Shown: positions 47,334 through 57,287 of the stretch, in pieces
Position numbering within the stretch: position 1 is the stretch's first letter
Layout: every line of letters starts with the position of its first letter
Virus record (IMG/VR): IMGVR_UViG_3300033148_002257
Location: 6,280 to 70,279 of that record
Length of the DNA: 64,000 nt
Source of the DNA: a virus
Reading direction: 5' to 3' (one strand)
The notes under the pieces: model-generated
Seen by the model: only the letters and a program-made list of their open reading frames with translations
What the model was told of the DNA's origin: nothing
The model's database searches: none
Translations under genes and position numbers: made by a program

Positions 47334-48710
47334 TTATGGCCCTACAACACGTTTTAATCGTCTTGACGCCTGTAGTTGTTCTATAACAATCGGTTCGGTA
47401 CAGTTCATAGTGTCAATAGCACAATACGAACGAGGCAACTCTCGTACAATAAACCCATGACAACGTTGTTTAAACTGTTCGACAACGTTCTGTAAATTTG
47501 TTTGTTCAAAAGGTCGTTCTTTATAATTCTGTTCGTTTGCGTCTATCCACGCATTAACCAACATACGCATATCAGTGTTGTTACGAATGTACATTGTACC
47601 AGATAACAGTTCGTAAGGTTTATCTCTCGATCTATGTGTCCAATCGCGGTAATGTACACCAAAATCCGCATCGAAATTGTCAAATATGTCAGGATACCGT
47701 AACATTCTAGCGTCAACGTCCAGCCACAACAAATCTCTGTCAGAATGTTTATCCATCATTTCACGTATAAACACAGCTTTATAATACGTGTTAGCTTTCC
47801 ATCCGCCTTTAGTTTCAATCGGTACAACGTCATATTCAAACCCAAACCGACGAACTGACCGTTTCATCTTTTGGGCTTCCTGCTCGTAGCCCGTTTGGGG
47901 GGTATAAAAGGATATGATTAACGGGCGACGAACAGGTTCAAGATCGTCAAACGATCCAAACCTAAAACATGTTAACGCGCTGTTAGGAGTAAGATTTATT
48001 ACCCGATGTCCAATTTGCGGTGCAACTCGTTCAAAATGTTTTCTAAACCGTTCGTATACCCCCGCTTTCTGTACGTCAGGATGACCGTTATGCCACCATG
48101 TTTGGTTACCTGTCTCGCCGCCACGCATATCGAATCCTAACAGGTATATTGGGTCTGCACCTAACACCCACGCGATGTTCAACGCGCCGAACCCCGAATT
48201 GCTACCGCCGGCTATCCCGTCCGCAAACGAGTTTCCCCATCTATGTACTGCTTTAGAATCTTGCGGTTGGTTAATTTTATAAATACTTGGATGATACTCT
48301 TGTTTAGTACTCCATAACCACGCTTTTACACCTTCAAACTCCAACCATTTCTGTTTAACATCTTCCCCGTAGTTGCCTATAAGAATGTTTCGTAAATATC
48401 GCCAATCCATAGAATACATTATAGCAGCCCACGGACATTGTTCAAACGCCCGGTTAATAGCTATTACAAGTTCGCCACGTAACCTGTCCCAGTCAAAGTC
48501 TCGCAGACTCGGTCCGCCACCTATAACAAAACATCTTCGCCCTTGCCATAACCCGTCTGGCAATATATCTGTTAGTTTGTCTAACGCTGTTTGACTGTAC
48601 AATGGTTTACGTACCTTTCGTGGCAGTCGATACCAATATCTTTTACCAGTTTTAGATATTGATATAACAGGTGGTTTTAGATTGCTATACTGTACCCCCA
48701 AATCGGTCAT
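47334..48710 (-). CDS. two-domain glycosyltransferase: Maf/DUF115 (sialyltransferase-like fold) plus GT-A (GT34/77-like)
   Basis: CFVIGGGPSL, IAINRA, SNSGFGALNIA..LGADPIYLLGFDM; second domain ISFYT...K..FI...LLWLDVDA. Confidence 0.8.
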   Translation of the reverse strand: MTDLGVQYSNLKPPVISISKTGKRYWYRLPRKVRKPLYSQTALDKLTDILPDGLWQGRRCFVIGGGPSLRDFDWDRLRGELVIAINRAFEQCPWAAIMYSMDWRYLRNILIGNYGEDVKQKWLEFEGVKAWLWSTKQEYHPSIYKINQPQDSKAVHRWGNSFADGIAGGSNSGFGALNIAWVLGADPIYLLGFDMRGGETGNQTWWHNGHPDVQKAGVYERFRKHFERVAPQIGHRVINLTPNSALTCFRFGSFDDLEPVRRPLIISFYTPQTGYEQEAQKMKRSVRRFGFEYDVVPIETKGGWKANTYYKAVFIREMMDKHSDRDLLWLDVDARMLRYPDIFDNFDADFGVHYRDWTHRSRDKPYELLSGTMYIRNNTDMRMLVNAWIDANEQNYKERPFEQTNLQNVVEQFKQRCHGFIVRELPRSYCAIDTMNCTEPIVIEQLQASRRLKRVVGP

Positions 48711-48713
48711 AAA

Positions 48714-49427
48714 CTAATCCGGCAAATCAAATTTGAATCCTAACCCATATTTGTTGTATGGCGTTAAAGCTTTTAACGCACGGACACATATAGGTATACC
48801 ATTTATGAGTTCATACTTCTCTTTTATAACGCCTGCGGTTGTTACACCTTGCGATTGAAGACCCATACGTTTATCAATCGCCGCAGCTTGTTGGACAAGA
48901 AACAGTGCCTGTTCATATACCGCAGTTTTCATGGCAGTTGTAGGTGAATCTGTTAGACCAGACGCAGTAAAATCGAATCGACCACAATTTTCTATATCCC
49001 ATTGAGCGGATACTAACGCTGCTTCTTTATCTATATTAGATGTCCAATACGTTTGCGCTCCATATCGGGTTTGAAAAAAGACGTTTGCACTTTCTGTTGT
49101 AACCCATAATGCGCTTGGTATTGTACCTGTTAGAACGTCACGAACCTTAATTAACAGAGTATCTTCTATTTTTTCGCCAGCGGTAGTAGTTATCTGTAAT
49201 CTAACTATATAGTCTTGTCCGTCTGTCCCGCCTTTAATCTTCTGTAATATGTTTGTACCGCTAATAGACGCATCACCATCTATCATCGTAGACGCACTAT
49301 CTCCCGCAGCGTCATAAATGGTTACAGACGCAGAAGATATAGTGTCCGTACTAGCAACAGCATTTCCAGCGTCAAACGTTATAGTTATTTCTTCCCAAGA
49401 CGCTTTTGTCCAACTTTTTTCTTCCAT
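48714..49427 (-). CDS. head-tail adaptor fused to an N-terminal Ig-like fiber-adaptor domain
   Basis: N-terminal TK..WE...TFD...GGTDGQDY...TT.GE; C-terminal WVTTESANVFFQTR...W...KEAALVSA...AVYEQALFL. Confidence 0.6.
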   Translation of the reverse strand: MEEKSWTKASWEEITITFDAGNAVASTDTISSASVTIYDAAGDSASTMIDGDASISGTNILQKIKGGTDGQDYIVRLQITTTAGEKIEDTLLIKVRDVLTGTIPSALWVTTESANVFFQTRYGAQTYWTSNIDKEAALVSAQWDIENCGRFDFTASGLTDSPTTAMKTAVYEQALFLVQQAAAIDKRMGLQSQGVTTAGVIKEKYELINGIPICVRALKALTPYNKYGLGFKFDLPD

Positions 49428-49446
49428 AACTATACCTCACACATTA

Positions 49447-49944
49447 TTACGCCGCACTAGCTGTTAAACTATACGTAACTTTTAACGTATCACCGCTAAC
49501 TACAGACCTGTCACCGCCACTAAACAATGCCGTACAGAACAGAATTTCGCCACTATCGCCAGTATCGCTCGAACACAAAAACGCGCCTTTCATCGTTTCA
49601 GTATCGTTAATAGAAAAGTTTACTGCACTAGCATTTGTTATTATACCATCTGCCGATGCACCTTCAGTCCATTCTTTCCTGTCGCCAGTATACTCATCGG
49701 CTTCTTCCCAACCGGGATGACTAGTTAACGTATCGCTAGCAGCTAACGCGCTATAATTATCGTCTCGAATTAAACCTATATACCATGTACTTTTAGCAGA
49801 ACTGCCATGAAACGTAACGTCAAGTATATGGTTCAACCCTTCTGTCGTTACAGCGTTTTTGGCAATATCGAACCATTTAACTTTACCGTTTGTGTCAATA
49901 CACAGAATGGTGAACAAACCACTAACATTTAGTCCGTTTTCCAT
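49447..49944 (-). CDS. virion structural protein
   Basis: NAVTTEGLNHIL, WYIGL, GDTLKVTY pattern common in virion proteins. Confidence 0.65.
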   Translation of the reverse strand: MENGLNVSGLFTILCIDTNGKVKWFDIAKNAVTTEGLNHILDVTFHGSSAKSTWYIGLIRDDNYSALAASDTLTSHPGWEEADEYTGDRKEWTEGASADGIITNASAVNFSINDTETMKGAFLCSSDTGDSGEILFCTALFSGGDRSVVSGDTLKVTYSLTASAA

Positions 49945-49963
49945 TCCTTTTTCTCCTTTTTTG

Positions 49964-50290
49964 TTATATTTCTACTGTATACTCGTTTTCGATGGTTTTA
50001 ACTGTAAACGTTGGTGTACCGTCTTTTATTGTAAATGATGGTGTACCGCTTTTAACTATAAACGTTATAGTAGGTTGTACCGTAACATTTAAAGTTGATG
50101 CTGCTAAACTTAACGCTACTGAAGATGAACCTTCACGATCTGCTGTTACAGACGTTGTAACCGCTAAACCAAACGTTACAGCCGCAGATTCAAAATATTC
50201 TGCACTATGCCAGAAATATTTACCGTCAGCATAATATCCGCTAGTATCTACCCAGAACGCGCCGCCATCTGCAAAATATAAGTTAGCCAT
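49964..50290 (-). CDS. putative structural protein
   Basis: Thr/Ser-rich; head module context. Confidence 0.5.
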   Translation of the reverse strand: MANLYFADGGAFWVDTSGYYADGKYFWHSAEYFESAAVTFGLAVTTSVTADREGSSSVALSLAASTLNVTVQPTITFIVKSGTPSFTIKDGTPTFTVKTIENEYTVEI

Positions 50291-50291
50291 T

Positions 50292-51569
50292 TTACGGATC
50301 AATCTCTACTTGCGGGTCTATATATACCATATCGCTTGCTTTAGATATAAACCCTTCTACATGTAATACACCTGACGAATCGGCAACATAAGTTATATCT
50401 ACATGTTGCCAGCTAGTTATACTATGATCCCAGCTTTTAACTGGCATAACAGATTTGCTTATTGTCCCGTCATCTTCTAGTTCTGTTAATTGAAACCATA
50501 ACTCTGTTTCGTCTAACGTTTCACCAGAAATCGCGTTAGGAAACTTCGCATAGAATCTATATGTATGTCCACCACTAACCGCGTCCTGGTTAATAAAATA
50601 GTCTAAGAATTTTACGGGAGTATTCACACCGCAGTTCGTGTTTGTCTGAACTCTAATACCTTGCGTCGCACCGCCATCACGTTTCCAACTTTCATCTATG
50701 TCATACTCACCGCCATATTGCCAACCCCACTGTCGGCCTTTATCATAAGTGTTAGTGTCCATGTTCACGCCGTCAGAATAGACACGAAAAGATTGTGAAC
50801 TGCCTCCGACAACCTGGTTGCTGCTAGGTAGAACTGTATTCCGAAGAAATATCTCTGTTGCACATGCAATATAGATTCTTAGATTGGCACCTTGAGTACT
50901 AAAATTGCTGTTGTCAAATAAGATAGTTGAGGAGAATGCTAATACACTAATACTCTGGCCACAATCCGTATGCGGGTCAAAGATACATTGTTTGAATGAA
51001 GCAACACTGTTTTTTATGATGACAGACGCTGAATATTGCCAGTTACCTTTTTCTCCATCGTTTACAAATTCGCATGATTCAGCAACAAAATTGTCTACAC
51101 TCTCCAGATAAAGACCGCAGTTATAGTTATCTTCTGTACGTACATTATATAAATAAATACCATCACAGTCACGATTATGTATTGTAAACCCACCCACGTC
51201 TGGTTCTTGATGACTGTCAAGGATTCTAATATTATAAAAATGCCAAAAAGCCTTTCTATAAAGTCTCAAATAATTAGTTGTTCCATTGAAGTTAATCGTT
51301 GGTCGTATGTCAGAACTATCATTCCACGGATCAATCCCTTGAGTAGCGTTACATCCAATAAGCTGAATCGGCGCGGCAGACGTGCCATTGCTCGCAAACG
51401 TAATGTTCCCCGCCGGTATCTCCGTCGTGTTCGCCCGTACATAAGCGATCTCGCCAGGATTACGAGCGTTAGCAGTAAACTTCTCAATAGTCTTCCACGC
51501 ATTACCCGTAGTCAACCCGTCTTTAGCGTCGTCACCAGCGTTCAGATCAATGTAAAATGGGCCTGCCAT
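50292..51569 (-). CDS. beta-helix (pectin lyase-like) virion protein
   Basis: YIDLNAGDDAKDGLTTGNAWKTI, PGE, beta-helix-like N/C repeats. Confidence 0.65.
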   Translation of the reverse strand: MAGPFYIDLNAGDDAKDGLTTGNAWKTIEKFTANARNPGEIAYVRANTTEIPAGNITFASNGTSAAPIQLIGCNATQGIDPWNDSSDIRPTINFNGTTNYLRLYRKAFWHFYNIRILDSHQEPDVGGFTIHNRDCDGIYLYNVRTEDNYNCGLYLESVDNFVAESCEFVNDGEKGNWQYSASVIIKNSVASFKQCIFDPHTDCGQSISVLAFSSTILFDNSNFSTQGANLRIYIACATEIFLRNTVLPSSNQVVGGSSQSFRVYSDGVNMDTNTYDKGRQWGWQYGGEYDIDESWKRDGGATQGIRVQTNTNCGVNTPVKFLDYFINQDAVSGGHTYRFYAKFPNAISGETLDETELWFQLTELEDDGTISKSVMPVKSWDHSITSWQHVDITYVADSSGVLHVEGFISKASDMVYIDPQVEIDP

Positions 51570-51913
51570 TACAGTTGTTCCGCCTTAATGTTTGTCACTT
51601 CCATCTGCAGATCGTCCCAGTTATCGCTTTCAATCCGACCAGCTTTCTTGAGTTTTACCAATATAGCGTCAAGGTCAGCCCGTTCAATAGGCATATTCGC
51701 CTGAACTTCAGCCGCAGCGTCGAGATCGGCCTGTACAAAAGCCATAGCTTCGTCTGCCAACTCTTGTGACGTTTTAGTACCTTTCAATATACGTGGCCAC
51801 CAATCGCGGGTAGAACCGTCTTCTAACGTTATAACCATTTTAACTCGTTCATATACACCATGATCAGTATATATTTCATATCCAGGCAACTGTTTTGCAC
51901 TTATAACTTTCAT
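51569..51913 (-). CDS. hypothetical protein
   Basis: TAATG coupling; head module. Confidence 0.55.
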   Translation of the reverse strand: MKVISAKQLPGYEIYTDHGVYERVKMVITLEDGSTRDWWPRILKGTKTSQELADEAMAFVQADLDAAAEVQANMPIERADLDAILVKLKKAGRIESDNWDDLQMEVTNIKAEQL

Positions 51914-51915
51914 AA

Positions 51916-52377
51916 CTATTTTTTATACACAGGAACACGTTTCATGTTTTCGATAGTGTACCCAACAATTTCTTTGTCTGAAACAACTTCCGGGGTGACG
52001 TTCTCTTTTTGTGGTTTATTGATCGGGACAACATCAGAACCAACGTTAGATTTAGAATTTGGTTGTACAGGTATAGCCTCCTTAGATTCTTCCCCGCACA
52101 TAACTGCTATCTGACCTTCAACAGCCTCTATTCCCGACCGCTGAAGTTCTTCTGCTCGGTCTATCTCTTTTTGTTTCTGTTGTTCTATCCAATCTTTCTC
52201 GTCTTTTTCTGCACGTTTGCGTGCCAGTAACCGTTCCCGTTGGTCGCCACCAGTATACTCGTACATTGTGCCTTCCGGCCCGAACCTATACGCAGGTTTC
52301 CGGCCAACCATACAATGTTCAATCTGCATGTCAGTCTTTCCTAAATCTGTGAGGGGTATATATACGTGTCTATACAT
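51916..52377 (-). CDS. hypothetical head-module protein
   Basis: C..GRKPAYRFGPEG..Y.Y...A pattern. Confidence 0.55.
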   Translation of the reverse strand: MYRHVYIPLTDLGKTDMQIEHCMVGRKPAYRFGPEGTMYEYTGGDQRERLLARKRAEKDEKDWIEQQKQKEIDRAEELQRSGIEAVEGQIAVMCGEESKEAIPVQPNSKSNVGSDVVPINKPQKENVTPEVVSDKEIVGYTIENMKRVPVYKK

Positions 52378-52394
52378 ACCCCTCGGTTGGGGTT

Positions 52395-52784
52395 CTACCG
52401 ACGAACATATATACGAATTATACCTTGACTAGCGTTACCGGCGTTTGACACTGACAGATCAAGTTGTCCGCAAGTAGCAAACGGTAACACAGGGTCTGAA
52501 CCGGTTTCCAGAACAGATGTAGACGATGCGGCTGACAGATTCGCGCCTTTACCAGAGAACACGTCTATACCGTTATCGTCGGTTAAAGTTACATCGTATC
52601 CGGAATCAGGAACAACACCAGACGTTGCACTTGGCACAAATACAATTCGTTCTATAGTACCGTTAACGTCGCCAAACGTTTTTGTAGCGTTACCGCTAGC
52701 GTCCGCTGTCCATTCAAGCACTACACAAGACAAATCATCTTTAAACGGCGTTCTGTTTATATTAACTGTTCCTGCATCTGCCAT
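52395..52784 (-). CDS. virion structural protein
   Basis: EWTADASG, PDSGYDVTLTDDNGIDV, NAGNA. Confidence 0.65.
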   Translation of the reverse strand: MADAGTVNINRTPFKDDLSCVVLEWTADASGNATKTFGDVNGTIERIVFVPSATSGVVPDSGYDVTLTDDNGIDVFSGKGANLSAASSTSVLETGSDPVLPFATCGQLDLSVSNAGNASQGIIRIYVRR

Positions 52785-52798
52785 AATCTACATACTCC

Positions 52799-53416
52799 TT
52801 AAAGGGCTGTAGACCTAATATACAGCCGCGCCAGTTTAGAACCGTCTGGTGTACCAGCAAACGTATACGTACAATACTGCGTATTAACCGTACCAGCGTC
52901 GTTAGCTAGATTAAAGTTATGGATCAATACGTCGCTGCTTGAACCTATAACACAACATAACCCATACGTTTTAGCGTATCCAAGCACATAACTATCGCTA
53001 GAATCACATTCTGTCCCGCCGGTTACGGTAAACGACAGTTCTGTAAGTTTCGCATAAGCGTTAAGAAACGTTGCCGTCCACGTATCATTCGAATCTGTAG
53101 CTGCTATTGTTTCGCTAACAGCGTTGCCAAACTGGTCTATCCCTGTCATTGTAGCCGCTACAGAAGTCCACGACGTTTCGCCACTAGCTTTATCGTTTGT
53201 AATAACCAGAACCGGTTGAACCGGTATATCTATTACATACGACTTTGTCATATCGCCGGAAGCTAGTGTAGTAGTCTGTGCAGCTAGATTTGTACTGGTT
53301 TTAAAGTAATCGTCGTCAGCAGCGGCAGGTGCCCATTCAAGCGTCTGTATAACCTGCTGGTTAAACGCTTCTTTGATCTTTGGATTGTTAAGTCCGGTTT
53401 TCAAAGGACTACTCAT
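52799..53416 (-). CDS. putative head decoration protein
   Basis: AAAGGAG RBS; GIDQFGNAVSETI; directly after MCP. Confidence 0.6.
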   Translation of the reverse strand: MSSPLKTGLNNPKIKEAFNQQVIQTLEWAPAAADDDYFKTSTNLAAQTTTLASGDMTKSYVIDIPVQPVLVITNDKASGETSWTSVAATMTGIDQFGNAVSETIAATDSNDTWTATFLNAYAKLTELSFTVTGGTECDSSDSYVLGYAKTYGLCCVIGSSSDVLIHNFNLANDAGTVNTQYCTYTFAGTPDGSKLARLYIRSTAL

Positions 53417-53453
53417 TTCTATCTCCTTTTCTTTATACTCTCGCTGAGTGTGA

Positions 53454-53558
53454 GGGGCAGGCAAGCACTATTACCTGCCCCCATCCGTTGGTCGTCTGTT
53501 ATTGTTCCACGTAGAACAATAACGTTACTTTATCTGCTATTAATATATAACAGATAAT
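53454..53558 (-). terminator. three stacked hairpins after the MCP gene (mRNA stabiliser/attenuator)
   Basis: TTATCTG/CAGATAA, GTTATTGTT/AACAATAAC, GGGGCAGG/CCTGCCCC; no U-tract. Confidence 0.5.
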
Positions 53559-53572
53559 CTGCGGTTTTAAGA

Positions 53573-54535
53573 TTATGACGTTGCCAAATCTTTAATATAC
53601 CCGTGCAGATCGGCATGTCCATAATCAACTCCAAACTGACAGTACAACTGTTCGCGCTGACCAGCACCAATTTTAGCTAACGGTTCAAAAAACACAGCAG
53701 GTTTACCCGGTACAACCATAAATACCGGAGCAACTTTAGCTACGTCTATAATCGCTAAAACAGATGTGCTGATACACGGATCATAAGCTATCGGTACACG
53801 ACCAAGTACAGGTAGAGCAACAGTTTCAAGTGTTACACCACCAACAGTTTCAGACTCTTTAGCGTAACCGTAAAGATCGTTAATTTTCTGTGCCTGAAAC
53901 GCGCCACAAAACATTACAGGTCGTGCCGGTGGCCCGGTTTTAGCTAATATGGCAACTTCTAACTGTTCAATCAGACTTTTTGACAAAGCCGCGCCAGAAG
54001 CGTCAACTTCCGTGTCACCGTCAGCAGCTATAGCTGTAATAATCCCTCGCGTTTTGCCGTTCGTAGCAGCAGCAGACGGGTCTGTACCTGTGCCATGAAG
54101 CATAGAATATTCCAGATCAACAGCCAACTGTTTCAAATGCGCGTCCCGCTGATTTTGCGGGTTACCCATATCAACTACACCTTCGCCAACAACAGCTTCG
54201 CCGCTAACATAATTTTTCATACTCGACTTTTTATACGACAAATCAAACATCCGCTGATGGAGTTCGATATAGTTCGTCTGTTGACTCGGAGCATAAACAT
54301 CGCTAGCAGGAGCCGAAAGCGAAGACGTTTCAGATACAGTATACGATTGTGAAGCAGCGTCCAAACTAAGGAAGTTGCCCATAATAAACGTATCAGTACC
54401 AGTTGTACGGCCACCCGTCAACCCACCAGTCATGGTAAGTAACGGGGTTCGTCCTTCTTGACTTCCGATAGTAAACAACTCTCCAGCATAATTCGGAAGA
54501 GATATACTATCGCCTACACCATCAGTATGCGCCAT
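53573..54535 (-). CDS. major capsid protein (DUF5309/SU10-like)
   Basis: PNYAGELF...TPLL, NYIELHQ, DLEYSMLHG, EPLAKIGA...QLY.QFG.DYG. Confidence 0.85.
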   Translation of the reverse strand: MAHTDGVGDSISLPNYAGELFTIGSQEGRTPLLTMTGGLTGGRTTGTDTFIMGNFLSLDAASQSYTVSETSSLSAPASDVYAPSQQTNYIELHQRMFDLSYKKSSMKNYVSGEAVVGEGVVDMGNPQNQRDAHLKQLAVDLEYSMLHGTGTDPSAAATNGKTRGIITAIAADGDTEVDASGAALSKSLIEQLEVAILAKTGPPARPVMFCGAFQAQKINDLYGYAKESETVGGVTLETVALPVLGRVPIAYDPCISTSVLAIIDVAKVAPVFMVVPGKPAVFFEPLAKIGAGQREQLYCQFGVDYGHADLHGYIKDLATS

Positions 54536-54574
54536 TTCTAATTATCTCCATTACCTCCGTCATGGTATACCATA

Positions 54575-55279
54575 TTATACGTTAGCTATCTGATCGCTTA
54601 ACTGATTTTTCAGCATACGTACTCTAGCCCAATCTTCCGGACTTTTAGTCTGTATAGCTTTTCGTTCAGCTTCTGCAATCTTTTCAAGCAACGTCGGTTC
54701 AGATGCCGGCGGCGTTTCTTTTACTTTAGGCGGCGGTTCGTTTTCCAACCGTCTATCTATTTCTGCCTTTACCTTTTCATTAACCGCTTTCTCAAAGTTC
54801 TCTTTAAACGCATCTATAATCTCGTCTAAGTCCTCTAAAGCACCAGTAAACCCATGGAACAGTTCGCGCATCGGTAACAGTTCTGTTCCAACGATCTCCT
54901 TTTTGTCCAGCAACTTATCGATCTTCTCGCCGCGTTTATAAGCCTCTAACTCTTGAGTAGCCTGTTGTTCTCGTGCTTTTGCTTCTTCGAGAGCTTTTTC
55001 CAAGTTACCTTCTTTTAACAACTCGTCTTCTCGAATCTTACGTTCTAACTCTTCCCGTTCCTTTTTAAGCTGTTCGGCATATTTAGCTCTCTGTTTTCGC
55101 ACCGCAGCGGTTACTCGACGATCCGCTTCTTTTTGTAACAGTCTCTGGACGTCCGGATCGCGTCGTAACTCCTCTTCGCGTTGCTTTGCCTGTTCTTCTG
55201 GATTAAGAGTCTCTTCACTTTCAGTTGCGTCCTCTATACCCTCAGTATCCTGAGTATCGTCAACCTGATCCTCTACCAT
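54575..55279 (-). CDS. capsid scaffolding protein
   Basis: Acidic N-terminus, coiled coil EADRRVTAA; between portal and MCP. Confidence 0.8.
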   Translation of the reverse strand: MVEDQVDDTQDTEGIEDATESEETLNPEEQAKQREEELRRDPDVQRLLQKEADRRVTAAVRKQRAKYAEQLKKEREELERKIREDELLKEGNLEKALEEAKAREQQATQELEAYKRGEKIDKLLDKKEIVGTELLPMRELFHGFTGALEDLDEIIDAFKENFEKAVNEKVKAEIDRRLENEPPPKVKETPPASEPTLLEKIAEAERKAIQTKSPEDWARVRMLKNQLSDQIANV

Positions 55280-55325
55280 TAGATTAACTCCTTATTTGAT
55301 TTATAAAACTCGGTTTCTTGCACAA

Positions 55326-56756
55326 TTATACACTTATTTCAGCTAACCCATCACCTTCCTTTTCAACCGTATTACCAACATTATTGGTTGTCTCGACCTC
55401 TTCCTGCGTTATTTGCGCGTTTTGTAACGCCAAATCCCGCGCCATCTCGTCTAGTTTATTCTGCGCGGCAGTTACCGGATCGTCAATAGACGGAACAAAC
55501 CGTAACTGGTCTTCCCGCGACAACAGATGGTTTAACCCGCCAATTTTATCCCATATTTCCGTTTCAGCTACCGGCACATTATAATTAAACGTTATAGTAT
55601 AATTTTCTAAAAGCTGTTTCTTTTGTTTTTTCCACACTATATTAATAAGTTCTATTCGTCTTCGCAACCCGTTCTCGAAATATTTCGTAAATACACTTGC
55701 CTGTTCAATCTGCGGTTGTAGTTTGAGTTTTAAAGCTATACCAGACGTTCGACCTGTTGACCCTATAACCCGCGCTATATCCGCTACCCGACCCATACGA
55801 TGTAAATCGTTCCGAGTCGTCTCTAAATCCGTAGTTACTTTATCAGGTTCGTTACCTCGTGTCAAAAATTTAGCGTCACAATCTCTGTCCGGTAACGGAA
55901 GATGTTTGTTCTGCTGCATTTTATCCCAATATGTATACCCGCTACTATCTTTTTCGTAAAATGCATCGACAGGAAACCCTTTAGTCATTAACAGCGCATG
56001 AACATTATATCTTACATCATCCGCGTTAGCAGACCGGATCGTGTTCCACGCATCCTGTTGAGTTATAATGTCGTCAGTAATAAACGGAACCATATCTTGG
56101 TTACATGCAAACAATACTATAGGAATCTGACCGTATTCGTGGTTCTGAACGTTAATCTGGTCTAACGTTAAACTTTCATCTTCATCTTCCTTTTCGATAT
56201 ACGTCGTAATTCGTTTGTTATCGTATACCGTATACAACGTTTCTTTTTTATCTAAAATTTTACCGTTATAATATGTACCAACTTTAAGTTCTATTCGATA
56301 CACAGCGACCAACATGTTACCGTCTTTATCATACAAAAACGCCCAGTTCCGCGGATCATACCAGTCTATTACAATTTTACCTTTTTGATACGAATGGACT
56401 TCTACAGAAAACCCTTGTAGAATAGACGTTCTAAGATGTTCGGTATTAATAGACGGAATACTGTTTTCTTTTGACAGTTTAGCGTATTCGTCAAGAGGTT
56501 CGTTAGAAGCGTCGCTGTCTACCAACGTATACGAAAACGGTTTTGACGCTATAAACCCTACATGCGCATCTACAATATACCGTATCCAGTTCGTTACAAT
56601 TTTACATCGGTCAGACCCGTCTATAAGTTTATCGCTTTCGTCAAGAATATCCTGTTTACCGTTGTAGTAGTCTACACGATCTTCTTGAATGTCTCTTCGA
56701 GATTCATCGTTTTGCCATATTGTTAGTATATCTGAAGATGTTAATGTTATTGCCAT
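55326..56756 (-). CDS. portal protein (SPP1-like)
   Basis: YYNGKQDIL, NWIRYIVD, IPIV.F.N, TSGIALK. Confidence 0.9.
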   Translation of the reverse strand: MAITLTSSDILTIWQNDESRRDIQEDRVDYYNGKQDILDESDKLIDGSDRCKIVTNWIRYIVDAHVGFIASKPFSYTLVDSDASNEPLDEYAKLSKENSIPSINTEHLRTSILQGFSVEVHSYQKGKIVIDWYDPRNWAFLYDKDGNMLVAVYRIELKVGTYYNGKILDKKETLYTVYDNKRITTYIEKEDEDESLTLDQINVQNHEYGQIPIVLFACNQDMVPFITDDIITQQDAWNTIRSANADDVRYNVHALLMTKGFPVDAFYEKDSSGYTYWDKMQQNKHLPLPDRDCDAKFLTRGNEPDKVTTDLETTRNDLHRMGRVADIARVIGSTGRTSGIALKLKLQPQIEQASVFTKYFENGLRRRIELINIVWKKQKKQLLENYTITFNYNVPVAETEIWDKIGGLNHLLSREDQLRFVPSIDDPVTAAQNKLDEMARDLALQNAQITQEEVETTNNVGNTVEKEGDGLAEISV

Positions 56757-56759
56757 AAT

Positions 56760-57116
56760 TTACCTGTTTATACTGTTTATGTTTGGATTTAGATTATTGT
56801 TTATTATACCATCGTCTATTGTACTTGTAACTTCTATCCTACGCATAGTTAATATCGAACATCGCGGTATCATTACCATACCGGAACACTGTTGTCCTTC
56901 TGAACCTGTACTATTGACTATCATAACAAACTTATCACTTTCATCATATAACATTCCAATTGTCTGGATTATACCATCCTTATATAGGTTTGTAAAATCG
57001 TCTATTTCGTTTGGCATCATCCATCTCGTTTCGCCGGGAAACATGGAATCTATCCATTCGATATATACGAACTTCATACCTAACGGTAATTTAGGTTGTC
57101 TATGTTCAACATCCAT
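56760..57116 (-). CDS. conserved small phage protein (WxDS...GML...IP type)
   Basis: VYIEWIDS, TIGML, MIPRCSI. Confidence 0.6.
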   Translation of the reverse strand: MDVEHRQPKLPLGMKFVYIEWIDSMFPGETRWMMPNEIDDFTNLYKDGIIQTIGMLYDESDKFVMIVNSTGSEGQQCSGMVMIPRCSILTMRRIEVTSTIDDGIINNNLNPNINSINR

Positions 57117-57140
57117 ACATTACTTTATTCCTATATAAGA

Positions 57141-57170
57141 ATTATACACGAACAACTTATCCGGTGTCAA
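57141..57170 (-). promoter_or_regulatory. sigma70 promoter for the head genes
   Basis: TTGACA-18 nt-TATAAT. Confidence 0.7.
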
Positions 57171-57287
57171 GTAACTATCGCAAATAATTCCTGTCTGGCT
57201 GACAATAACCGGTAAATCGGGGTCTATACCCGCTAACCATACCTTTAAATCACCTACTGTCATAGCATCTTCAGGGATACTGTCCAT

